Shown: piece by piece, positions 26,901-38,619 of the stretch | Layout: every line of letters starts with the position of its first letter | How positions within the stretch are numbered: the stretch's first letter is position 1 | Assembly (NCBI GenBank): GCA_043228905.1 | Contig: JBHGNT010000004.1 | Location: forward strand, 6,758,001-6,822,000 | Length of the DNA stretch: 64,000 nucleotides | Origin: Azolla caroliniana | Taxonomy: Eukaryota; Plantae; Polypodiophyta | Direction: 5' to 3' | Notes under the pieces: model-generated | Databases searched by the model: none | Seen by the model: the letters and a program-made list of their open reading frames with translations, nothing else | Told to the model about the DNA's origin: nothing | Position numbers and translations under genes: made by a program

Positions 26901-27288
26901 TATTCGTGAATCCATAAGAAGAATTGGCGACTGCAGGTACCGATGTAAATACATGTCGTATTCGTTCGTTCTTTGTTTTCCCCTGGCTTCTATGAATGCG
27001 AAAGGGATCATTATCTCTGACTAAACTAGTGGGAGGTCGATCATCATCTGGAGGTTTCACGCCGATGGCGGAGGTAGCGAGCTTCCAGAGGAGATCAAAG
27101 GGAGGAGGAGAAGAAGTAGAAGAGGAAAAGGAAGAGGAGTTACCGAAACGAAGGAGGAGACCTTCTTTCTCTTCAGTTGCTTGTGACTTCTGCTGCCTCA
27201 GAGTTTGCTGCAGAAGGAAGGACTTGGTGGCGGGAGCAGGAGGAGGAAGGGACCTGCGAGCTTCCAGGGTAGTCCTGTCAGGAGTCAT
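23595..27288 (-). CDS. Mitochondrial carrier family (SLC25) protein with ~290-aa N-terminal extension, SAM-carrier-like subgroup; 8 exons, 587 aa
   Basis: Exons 27288-26277, 26115-25997, 25454-25330, 25207-25108, 24844-24767, 24478-24395, 24318-24233, 23754-23595; GT-AG; 1764 nt in frame. Three carrier signatures: HPIDTVKTVIQ, TPSECVKQRMQ, TPFDVIKTRLQ. Confidence 0.93.
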
Positions 27289-27439
27289 GGTCTGCAGAAA
27301 AACCCTAGAAAATTATGAGCTTGGGCAGGCAGACGGAGGAGACTAGACTCTGTATTGATCCATCCCTCCTCCTGTGCCGGACGTGGCAGACTCTGGTTGG
27401 TCCGAATCGCCACGGTCCCCCCATCACGCGGAGCCGGGG

Positions 27440-27645
27440 GTGTCAGGTGTCTTTGTCCGTCCATATGTCCGTCCGTTTGTCCGTCCGTTTGTCTGTCAAC
27501 CCGTCCTTCTCTCCGTTTGTCCCGTATGCCCGTCCATGTGCATATCTTTGTGTGTGTGTCCATCTGTCCATGTGTCCGTTCGTTCGTATGCCTGTGTCCA
27601 TTCGCTTGTCTATGTGCGTCCATCCATATCCGTCCGTTCGTGCCG
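27440..27645. repeat. Low-complexity GTCC/GTTT repeat upstream of the carrier gene
   Basis: Recurrent GTCCGTCC and GTTTGTCC words; this explains several overlapping spurious ORFs. Confidence 0.75.
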
Positions 27646-29109
27646 CACATCTGCCACCCACACCCCTTCCCTCGTACGATACACGTGCCCGAAGGCCAAA
27701 GAAGACCCCGCGCTTAATTGCTCCTCTTTAGAATAGACATGCTCGGGGTTTGGAAGCACTCATCGATTGCATTTGTAATAATAAGAGCGTAACCTCATTG
27801 ATTGTAGCACTATTGTTGACAAATCATATTTAGTTGGGGTTTAGTGGATAATTGCTTGACATAAGATGAATCCTTATTTCTTTACTCATACACTTTGGCA
27901 GGATATATGCCCGAAAATGCCTTACATACGCAAAATGTGTGCAACTTCCAAAAGTGAGGGCAATGTTTGAACATCTAGAGTCGGGGCTTCCCTGTTAAAA
28001 TAACTTTAGAGCATCACACTTGTAAATCTAATTTTGTTATAATTTTATTATGGATAAAATGACGGGTAACACTCTCACAATCATCTTTAGCTTGTAATGT
28101 CTTGTTAATCTCGTCAAAGAATCTTAATCATCATTGTTAGCACTTTGATCATGTTCAATGAGTAAGGTTCATGACAGTGCGTCTAACGTGTAGATAGGCC
28201 TTGAGATGGGCAATAGTGACTGATGGTAGAGACATACACTTCGGTTAAGGTCTCACACTATTCCGAAATAAGTGGATTCAATATTTGCAAACAAAATTTG
28301 TCTTTCTTCTCTGTCCAGAGCTCAATCTTGTACTCCAACTACGAATATTTATTCTGGAATGCCATTACTTTACGCACCACATTCTTTTGAGTGTGAAGAT
28401 TTTGGATTGCCAAATTTTTTAGGCAGTTACAAAACACAGTATGTCCAGTATTTGCGCGCCCTTCTCTCCTGTAAATGAAATTTTGCAAGCTCTACATTGA
28501 TTTAACAGCAGCTCTTAATAATGAATGCAAATCATAATGAAATGCTAACCTACACATATCTGAACAAGATGCTAATGTAGCTAATTCCATCATCAAATGC
28601 TATTGTTGAATCATTACCCATTTCTTGCCAATTGCTACTTGTTAAGCATCACCACTGTGTAGGTTATTTTCTGTTTATTTATTATGGTAAATTTAAATGC
28701 CAAAGTTTACTTTACTCCCACATTGCCCCAGAAACTAGTTCAAGAATCCACATCATGAACATTCTTGCCCATCCTTTGCTGCCAATGAGATGAATGAAGT
28801 TATCAAACCACTAGAGAAGCTTGCTATCAAAAAATGATCTTCAACCATTTGCAATGCCAGAAGTAAACAATTGAATCACTTTGCCCACTTGTCTTTAAAA
28901 ATGAGCAAAAAAAACCAGAATCACCGACTCTAAACAGAAAAATGCTTGCTGGTAAGAAGGGTTCTTTAAATTCAGCCAAATTGTTGGCTTTTCCTTGTTC
29001 ATCAATACATTATCCGGTAAGTACAAACATTGAGACCGAAGCTCACAAAAACCGGGGAAAACAAAATACAAGAGAATGTATCATCTGGAATGAGGCTAGA
29101 ATACACAGA

Positions 29110-31302
29110 TCACTTCTTTTTGCCTGCTTTACCCTCTTTGCGACGAATAACCTCATCGGCATATTTGATACCCTTACCCTTATAAGGTTCCGGAGGGCGC
29201 CACTTCCTGACAGAAGCTGAGAAATCACCGACAGCACATTTGTCTCTTCCCATGACCGTTAATTTTGTGTTCTCTTCGACTTTAACTGTAATGCCTTCAG
29301 GAATTGGTACGCGAACTTGGTGCGAAAACCCAAGATTCATGACTAGTTCATTTTTCTCAATTGCCGCACGATAACCCACTCCAATCAATTGTAGCTTCTT
29401 TTCGAAACCCTTTGAAACTCCTACCACCATGTTGTCAGTCAAAGATCTGCTCTCCAAAAGGCATTGTACGTGAACCTTATCAATCAGCATATCCATCAAA
29501 CATATAAACATACAATTCACTATAACTCCCTTGTGTATCAGTTTATGTCCCTTCATGAGAATAGTAATTGGTAAAGACCATACAACGTGGCACTTGACCT
29601 CAGTTCCCAGAAGTGGCTATAAAATTTAATTATAGTTTCAAGTTATAGATTTAGCATAAGAGCAAGAAATCATGAATCATGAGTTATCTACCATACATTA
29701 CTGATATAAACACACATCTGTATTTAATTACATCAAAATAGTTAAAAACCCTGTATTGTAGTTATGAACATTACGCTCAAAACATCTTTCATGCAATGCC
29801 AAAGACCCCGTCTCCCCACATAATGTGTCCAGTGATAAGTGTAGTTTGAAGTTATTGATGTAACAAAAGAGCGTAAAATTATATGCAATTGTTATACATA
29901 AGAAAGGAAAAACATCCTGACCTGAAGAGACCATGCATTTGTTGAGCCCGCCGAGTTTCCATGGCTCTAGAGACAGTAATGATTCCAGAGGGGTCATATT
30001 GAAGCTTGATTTCACGGGGGTAATTTTGTGTCAGCTCTCCAAGGGGTCCCTTTACAGTTAAGGTTTGGTTGTCCAAGGTAACTGTCACTCCTTTGAGAAT
30101 AGTTACTGGTTTCTTCCCAATCCGAGACTCCTTACACTCTATTTTTAGAAACCCGGCATTTGGGACCCATCCATTGAATTCCGCATTTCCAGCATTTAAT
30201 GAGATACGCTCCCCACTGAAAGTGCTTCTTAGATCACTGGTAACAAAAGACAGCCCAAGTAGATGACCATTAAAATTAGAGCATATTGTACTTCATAAGC
30301 GTACAGTTTTCCCCTATTATGCTGCATATTTACGATGAATGCATCAGAGCTTCTAACTAACTACACTTCACTTAATGATCAATAAACAAAATATTAGTAA
30401 AGTGTAGCTAGTAGTAACATCCATAAGAGGGGCATGGGAGCGTCTAACAGTAAACTAGCAAGGTTCATGAGCCAATCACTCAAGGACATATCAACCATGA
30501 TCGAGTTTATGAGGATATGGGCACATAACAAGGACCCAAGATTTACGGCACGACACACAGTCACTCATTTTATGAGTAGCAAGTGCCGACACCTATCCCA
30601 TAGAGGGAACATCGCGGTTCTATAAGTAGCTAGGCCCGAGTTCTTTCACAGAGGGAAAGCATGGTCATGCTATACCAGGTTGAGGTGTCACCAAGAGGAT
30701 GATCGTAATACGTTACACTAGTCCTTTGCATACAAATTATCCAGAGGTCTATGTCCATACCATAGAAATTCACACTATATTTGTCCAGGAAGTAATGGGT
30801 CTCTCTCTTCTCTAATTAACTCCGTTCATATGGGCCCTTTGAAGACCAATTAACCTGAGGCCTGTTTCCAAACCTTAGCTATGCATACATTACTGTGATT
30901 TTTTGAATAGCCATCCAAGAGCTAACAGTGAGCATATCTCTCTTGTCTATTTCACTCTATTAACAAAAGGCTAGATTTGGCGTATATACGAGTAACACTT
31001 ACCTCTGTACATGTAACCATTCAAACACAATCCACACTCTTCCTTCATGATTCAATGTAATCTTCCCAGAATGCTACGGAAGTTTCAAGAAATACATTGA
31101 AATGGGTTCTCTTTTCAAATTAAAAGTGGAAGACTGAGAAAGGGGTTAAAATCAGAGCCCACAGAGTGAACTCACGTAAAAAACCAGCTAATGAAATGAT
31201 TTTTCCGCTCTTAAGATATGTCAGAATTCTGTGTGTGTGTATGAGAGAGAGAGAGAGAACATACCCAGAAGTCGTTACTGCAGAGGACAGAAGCACAGCC
31301 AT
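29110..31302 (-). CDS. RPL6: Nuclear-encoded plastid 50S ribosomal protein L6 (uL6c); 3 exons, 229 aa
   Basis: Exons 31302-31265, 30236-29922, 29446-29110; 690 nt in frame. Transit-peptide-like N-terminus, then [61 protein letters not shown]. Confidence 0.96.
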
Positions 31303-31749
31303 GGCGATCAATGAACCATTAACGGACTCAGATAAGGTTTCGTAGTGAGGGGGGTATTTTTCTTCTAGTAAAGAAATGTGCAGAGAAATTTTACCAATAT
31401 ACCCCTGGCTTGTGGTAGGGGCAATATCGGAATTTACTGATACGTTTTGCAAGTGTAGCCCAACTATGTATCCATGGAAGGATCTATATTCACATAACGT
31501 TTAAGAGTAGATGTGTTTCTGTAGCTTGACATGTTTTGCGAAAATTTCCCTATTGTCCAATAATTCTGTGATTGAACAAGCACAACTCGATCTGGTCTTT
31601 TAGAATTTTGCATTCTTGAACTTGTTTAGTTCAAGAATCTGGATTATCAACACCAAGGAGAAGATCAAGACACTAGTAGGCAGATGAACCATTACAAATG
31701 TTAACAAAGCTTTGAGTATCCAACTTGACCAATGTTGGTTGGGTATTAG

Positions 31750-32500
31750 TTAGGATGCATCTCAATCACTAAAAGCATTTTATTCAAGAATCCTTAGCAT
31801 TAAGAGTGCATATTGTGATAGAGTGGTAGAGTTTATTGACTGTAGTCCACCGTTTGTCCATTTGACTGAAAGTAGCTTCTAGCTCCAACAAAAAGACAAG
31901 GAGCCTTCCAACAACGATGATGACTCTACCATCAAAGGATAAGACCAAGCCCATTGGCCCCACTAGGAGAGTGACAATAAGATCCACCAACTTGATATTG
32001 TTAGGGTACCACTAGGGTTGGAGACAAATGATAAGCTAGAATTAGTTGATGAGACCTCGTAGACAAACAAGGGACCACCAAACTTGGTGTATGCATGAGA
32101 GTTTCCATTGTTGGCATGTGATGTCCATTTGGGTGAATAAGCCCTCCTTGGATAATTTTAGTGAGGATTTCATGGCGATATTAAGAACCTCTTATTGATT
32201 TTGTCTAAGTCGGGCACCCTAAGTGAAGAGATAACAGGCAACACAGTGCAACGACCAACTATTCAAGTAATTCCACCAAGAAAAATGAGCCTCTTGTTCG
32301 CCCAACCATGTTTGATGTAAGACTAATTTTTTCCCTCCAGCCAACTCAACAAAGGTCAAGAAAACCTGCTTCAAACCATTGGAAAATGCCCAATGACAAC
32401 ATTGTCGCATGCATGAATAATCTTCCTCTATTGCGCCACGCTAAGCCATATGGTTCACTCTTGACTAGTCAATGGGGTTTGACAACAAGTGGTGGTGATG
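31750..32500 (-). mobile_element. Possible highly decayed L1-type ORF1 (DUF4283-like) remnant
   Basis: Broken minus-strand frames read NVVIGHF and GRTRGSFFLVEL, reminiscent of plant L1 ORF1. Many stops. Confidence 0.3.
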
Positions 32501-33321
32501 CATCCAATCAACCAATCCAAAAGTGACCTTGTTTGGTTGTTATTAATAGGATCCATGCAACTAGATAACACTAGATGCACCTTTGTCAAGGTTGTCACCC
32601 CTACATCCTAATCTATGCCAAGTTTCACGTTCCTATTTCAGTAGAGGACAATAGCCAGATCCTTTGTAGTAACACATTGATTGACTCAATTGCAACATCT
32701 TGCTTCATCGATGTCTCTTATAGAGAGCAAGTTCCTATTTTGGTTGAGGTGTTTGATGGGAGACCTATCGACTTTGGCAAGATTCCTAGAGAGATGAATC
32801 AATTGGTTACCCGGGTCAACTCACATCAGGCGGAGATTACTCGTAATTGTTTTGATTCTCTCACTACCTTATTATCTACAAATTACCTTGGTTTGAAGTT
32901 CATAACGTGACGATAGATTAGAGATCTCAAGCCATCAATTTCACCCAACATGTTGCCAATCCCTAACGTATTACTTTCGGCTATAGACTGCAAAATTGTC
33001 CAAAAAGACCTACATAAACGTCGAGTTGTACTCTCCAAATATTTCCATGATAATCCTCTGGAACGTCGTCGGTGTCGTCTTGAGTCCGCAATGATGGATT
33101 GACGATGAATGTATATGGTGATGGAGATATTGTGGGGATGAGCATTGAGAAGCATTACAGGGTGATAGCATTATGTGCATTGAGAAGCATTGTGGGGTGG
33201 AGGATGGTGGCTAGAATGGCTCCACCCACCTCCCAAGGGGGTTCAACGTAAGGGAAGAGAGAGAGAGAAAGAGAGATGAAAAGACAGAGAGAGAAATCTT
33301 CCTTGTTTCATTCATTCCCCA

Positions 33322-36300
33322 TGTTGAGAGATCAAGCTCAACTTAGTTTAGTTAGTTAGTCAACAATGTAACTTCGTAGTTACCTAGATAGAATCTAGTT
33401 AGAAGTGTTGACTATAACGCCTTAAATAGGACCTTGTACTTAAGTGGGATATTCTAGATCCTCAAATCCTAAGTACATTTAATATAGGACTTATACATTA
33501 GTACCTATATTCTACTCACACATGTGCACCTTTGCACATGAGATGTATATATACCTCATTGTGGGTATTTTTGTATTTGATGATGTTTTATGATATACAC
33601 TCTAGTTTACTCATCCCCCATCTTGTGTTGTTCATAAGTATATATATATATCTTCCTCTCACACACATACACACACATATCACTTAATCTTCCGCTACGT
33701 AATCTCCTAACTTAATCACATAATTAGGTAATAATTATTCCTTAATTAATTACCTAATCCTTAACATGGTATCAGAGCGTGTGGTTTAGCATATCCACTA
33801 AGCCCACCCGAGACTTCGTGATTGTGTGTTCGAGACGCCGATGACAAAATCCGGCTATCGGCTACCATAGTGCCGCTACGTAGCACGTACACGTGATCGA
33901 AGGAAGAAAAACAAAAGAAGAGAAAACACAATCAACATGAACACACAAATGGGTAGCTCGCTCCCTAGCGAAAAGCTAGACCAGAGCAATTATTCATCTT
34001 AGGAGTACAAGATGACCCAATACCTCGTCAGCCAAGGGTATTGGAGCTACATCAACGACGCACTCGAGGACAAGCCCGACAACACAAACGCCAACTACCC
34101 AACGTGGGAGCAAGGAGCGATTCGGGTAATGTATTGCTTGGCAACATGTGTCCACGACCATATGCTTAGCCACATTCGAGACGCCAAGATGCCTAAAGAG
34201 GCGTGGGAGAACTTAAAGAAAATGTTCGCCACCAACACAACCGCCCGCAAACTTCAACTCTGGCAAGAGTTGAATAACATTCGGCAAAAAGACATGTCTG
34301 TGTCGGACTACACCGCCAAAATCAAGAGCATTTGTGACTCGCTTGGCTCCATCAACATCAACGTCGACGAAGACGAGATAGTTCAAGTATGCTTGGGCGG
34401 CCTGACACAACGATTTGATCCACTACGGACGACAATCTTGGCGAGAGAAAACCCTCATTCGTTCTTCGACCTCCAATCGATGTTATTGGTTGAAGAAAAC
34501 CATGTCCGAACCAAAAGCAAGGCACCAGAAGGAGAAATGTTCTTCTCGAATTCGGACGGTGGTCGAGGAAGAGGTCGTGGCGGTAGAAGAGGAAGCCATC
34601 GAGGAACCTTCGAAAGAAGGGGGAGCTTCCAAGCCGAACAAGGTCGGCAAATGAGGCCCACAACTTGCAATTATTGCGGCAAAATCGGCCACTATGAGGC
34701 GAAGTGTCGGAAGAAAAGAAGCGAGTCGGCGTCGACAAGCCGACAACTCACAAACTACGTCAACAACTCCGAATACAAGGATTACGGCGAACTATTCGTA
34801 ATGCGGCATAAAGCGAACTCTATGACGGCTTCCGATTCCGCAAGCATCTCCAATCCGGAAGACGTGTGGTTCGTAGATTCCAGCGCCTCACATCACATGA
34901 CATCCCACGAAGAGTGGTTTCACGATTTACGAACGCCGGATCGACCCGGCTTTATAGAGACGGGAAACGACACCACGCATCCCATTCGGCACATCGGCAA
35001 TGTCCCATTTGGGAAAGAAGGCGAGCAAACTTGCATCAAGAATGTCTTGCACGTACCCACAATAACAAAGAATTTGGTCTCGGTCGGCCAAATCGTGGAG
35101 CAAGGCATGCAAGTCCGCTTCACAAAAGAAGGATGCTTCATCAAGAAAGATGGTCGAGTCATAGCTAAGGGGCGGAGAGAAGGCCGAATGTTCATCCTCG
35201 ATTCGAACGAGGTGAAATCGGCAATGTACGCTAAAGGTCTCAAAAACAAGACGAACATCGAGTTGTGGCACAAAAGAATCGGCCACATCAACCTCCAACG
35301 GCTCCGAGCTATGCAAACAAAGCGAGTCGTCATCGGACTTTCGACATTCGAGTCGAAACGAGTTGACCGAGTATGCGAAGCGTGTCAACTCAGCAAACAA
35401 CATCAACTCCCATTCCCGAAGGAGAGCCACGCAAGCAAAGGCCTCCTCGACGTCATACACTCGGATGTATGGGGACAGGCTCAAACGCTGATGATCGGCG
35501 GATGCCGATACTACGTAACCTTCATCGACGACTACTCGCGTTACGCGTGGATCTACCCGATGAAGAAGAAGAGCGAAGTGTTCTCCCACTTCCAAAAGCT
35601 CAAGGGGCAAGTCAAAAAAGAAACCGGTCGGCAAATTCAATGCCTACGATCGAATGGAGGAAAGGAGTACTTCTCCGACGAATTCACCTCCTACCTCCAA
35701 AGTGAAGGCATCCGTAGAGAATTCTCATGCCGACACACACCCCAACAAAATGGAGTCGCCGAAAGGAAGAATCGGCAAATACTTGAGGTAGCACGTGCCA
35801 TGATGCATGAGAAGCACATGCCGAATTTCTATTGGGCCGAAGCGGCATCCACGGCCGTCTATCTCATGAACCAGTGCACCACCAATGGAGTCCATGAGCT
35901 AACTCCATATGAGTTCCTCATTGGAAGGAAGCCGATCCTGTCGCACCTCAAGGTGTTCAGAAGCATTGCGAATGTACGCATCCGGAACAAACAACGACAG
36001 AAGCCTGACCCAAAGTCAGAGAGATGTATTCTCGTAGGATACTCATCTGAGAAGAAGGCGTACAAGTGCTACAACCCGTCGACGCGAGAAGTTCGCGTAG
36101 GTCGAGACGTAGTCTTCGACGAGTCCGCATCCTGGTACGCACCAGAGACAACTACGACTCTGACTCTGCTCGACCCGGAATCCGCCGAACAAGAGGTAGA
36201 AGATGGAGATCGCTTTGAACACATGTTCGAAGAAAGTCCGATTACGGCAAAGCCTAGTGAGCCACAAGAGCCCCCACGCGACCCAAGCACGTCGCAGCCA

Positions 36301-37215
36301 AGTACAAACTTGGACAAAGGCAAAGGTAAGATGCCCGAATACGAAGTCAATCACCCCGACAACAATGATTCGGATAGATCGGCTCCCTCACTAGACAGTG
36401 AGTTTGGTGCACTCATCATGCCTACACCCGGAGTAAAGAAGGCGCTCACATCGGCGAGCAAAAAACTTCGACGCTCATCTAGAGCAAAGAACCCTGTCAC
36501 TCAGCACAGCTACAACGAGTACATGGCCCATCATTACGCCTTCGCGATGAAGGTAGCGTCCGAACAAGAGCCCAAGAGCTCCACCAAAGTGGCTTGTAAC
36601 CCACGATGGGTGGAAGTAGTCGACCTTCACCCACACACTACAAGCCTTTGTCACTGGCTTGAGGGGGAGGAACCGAGATTGCCACAACGAAGAAAGCCGA
36701 AGGTCGGACGGAAGCCACACAGAAGCCGACATCGAAAGCCGGACAACGCCGGATGTCGAACGCCTCACACTTGAGCTTGAGGGGGTGTGTTGAGAGATCA
36801 AGCTCAACTTAGTTTAGTTAGTTAGTCAACAATGTAACTTCGTAGTTACCTAGATAGAATCTAGTTAGAAGTGTTGACTATAACGCCTTAAATAGGACCT
36901 TGTACTTAAGTGGGATATTCTAGATCCTCAAATCCTAAGTACATTTAATATAGGACTTATACATTAGTACCTATATTCTACTCACACATGTGCACCTTTG
37001 CACATGAGATGTATATATACCTCATTGTGGGTATTTTTGTATTTGATGATGTTTTATGATATACACTCTAGTTTACTCATCCCCCATCTTGTGTTGTTCA
37101 TAAGTATATATATATATCTTCCTCTCACCCACACATCACATAATCTTCCGCTTAACTTAATCACATAATTAGGCACTAATTAACCCATACTTAATTACTT
37201 ACCTAATTCTTAACA
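33322..37215 (+). mobile_element. Two-LTR Ty1/copia element with TSD; gag-PR-IN present, RT and RNase H deleted (non-autonomous)
   Basis: TSD CCCCA (33317-33321 / 37216-37220). 5' LTR 33322-33766, PBS TGGTATCAGAGC 33767-33778, PPT ~36779-36785, 3' LTR 36788-37215. The 920-aa ORF has CNYCGKIGHYEAKC, WFVDSSASHHMT, LWHKRIGH, HSDVWG and GVAERKNR, and ends shortly after PRWVE. Confidence 0.97.
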
Positions 37216-37274
37216 CCCCATAAGGGGTTAAATAGTTACAAAAGGGTAGATACATAGGGGTGCAAGCCCCTTTG

Positions 37275-37530
37275 TCCATCAGCACGGCCATCAACAACCT
37301 CATTATCAGCAACACGATCAGTAGCACGATCAGCAACACAATCAGCCGCGCAATCATCAACATAATCAACAACACAATCAACATCCTCATGATCAGAAGC
37401 ATTATCAGCAAGAGGATCAGCAACCTCGTGATAAATAGGAGAATATGTTGCAACATCGTGGCCATCGACATCACGATCAGCAGCAGGAGAGGCACAGTCA
37501 ACAACAGGAGAAGCTCGATTTGCAACAAGA
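37275..37530. repeat. Degenerate short-period ATCAGCAAC/ATCAACAAC-type repeat
   Basis: Repeated ATCA(G/A)CA(A/G)C words produce low-complexity I/N/S or L/I/M translations. Confidence 0.7.
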
Positions 37531-37649
37531 TGGCGGTGGCGACAAAGCGTTGGAGCAAAAAGGAAATGCCATCGCAGAGAAGGAGCAAGGACTCGAGAGG
37601 TGGAGTGAGTCCTTTTATAGCTGAAGACACGGTTTTGGAGCACGCCAAC

Positions 37650-38619
37650 TCTTCCCGCTTCTCCAATTCAGTTGCGCAACTCGTTGCTCAACGTCATTCT
37701 TTAACACCTTCTAACCCATTCATACCTATTCAATTCATACCTATTAACACAAGACAAAGTGTAACTAATAGTTCTCAACTAACTTTAAGTCACCCACATA
37801 TAGGTTTCACACTAGAAGCATCACCTAATATCAATATATCCTCTTCTCCACTCGATACTTTCCCAACAAATGAAGATTTTGATGATCAACCGCAACCAAT
37901 CAAGCAAAGATTTCGTAATATTTACGAAATTATGGAAGCCACACGTCCATTCGAAGCACTTATGGCCAACTTGGGACTGGAGCCTATTGACGAGTTTGAA
38001 GATGATGACGGTGATATTCCACTTGAAGACATAAATCTCACTCCAAAAGCAACCCTTAATGGTCCCAAGAGTGAAATGTGGAAGTCAGCAATGCAAACGG
38101 AGATGGATGCACTCATGTGAAATGGAACATGGACTTTGGTGCCACAACTGAAGAATCGCAATGTCATATCTAGTAAGTGGGTGCTTACAAAGAAGAAGGA
38201 TGCACATGGTGTAGTGACGAGATATAAAGCTCATGTCGTTGCTCATGGTTTTTCACAAATTCCTAGCGTGGATTTTAAAGAAACATTTGCTCTGACACTA
38301 AAAAGGTTCCATTACGAACCATGCTTGCTTTTTCGATCGGATTTAATCTCGAACTTCACCACTTGGATATTGAAACCACATTTTTACATGGTGACTTAAA
38401 TGAAGAAATTTTCATGCAACAACCGTCGTTTTTTGAAGATTCAAAATTCCCAAAGTATGTTTGTAAGCTTCATAAGTCATTGTATGGTTTGAAACAATCT
38501 CCACGAATGTGGCACCACAAGCTCCATACATTTCTTATGTCTATTAATTTTTGGCGTCTTCAAGCCGAGCCAAATCTTTACATTCGTAAAGAAGGAAGTG
38601 ACTATTTAATCATTGGTGT
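37650..38619 (+). mobile_element. Copia RT N-terminal fragment from a different family, interrupted just before YVDD
   Basis: WKSAMQTEMDAL, SKWVL.KK, RYKA.VVA.GFSQ, LDIETTFLHGDL.EEIFM.QP, KSLYGLKQSPR, YLIIGV, then an LTR. Confidence 0.9.

Noticed and set aside
27285-27736. Cluster of ~120-aa overlapping ORFs
   Set aside because: Low-complexity GTCC repeat lacking stops; no recognisable domain.
29110-30236. rpl6 as a plastid DNA insertion or bacterial transfer
   Set aside because: It has spliceosomal introns and a transit-peptide-like N-terminus, so it is the normal nuclear gene.
33990-36100. APOBEC-like G-to-A hypermutation of the 33-kb element
   Set aside because: G->A changes are present, but so are C->T changes (CGG->TGG, ACG->ATG), which fits methylation-driven decay. 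Strand bias cannot be shown without a consensus.
37199-37666. Hydrophobic 155-aa minus ORF as an env-like membrane protein
   Set aside because: It derives from a degenerate short-period repeat that is open in several frames, and it lies outside the TSD-bounded element.
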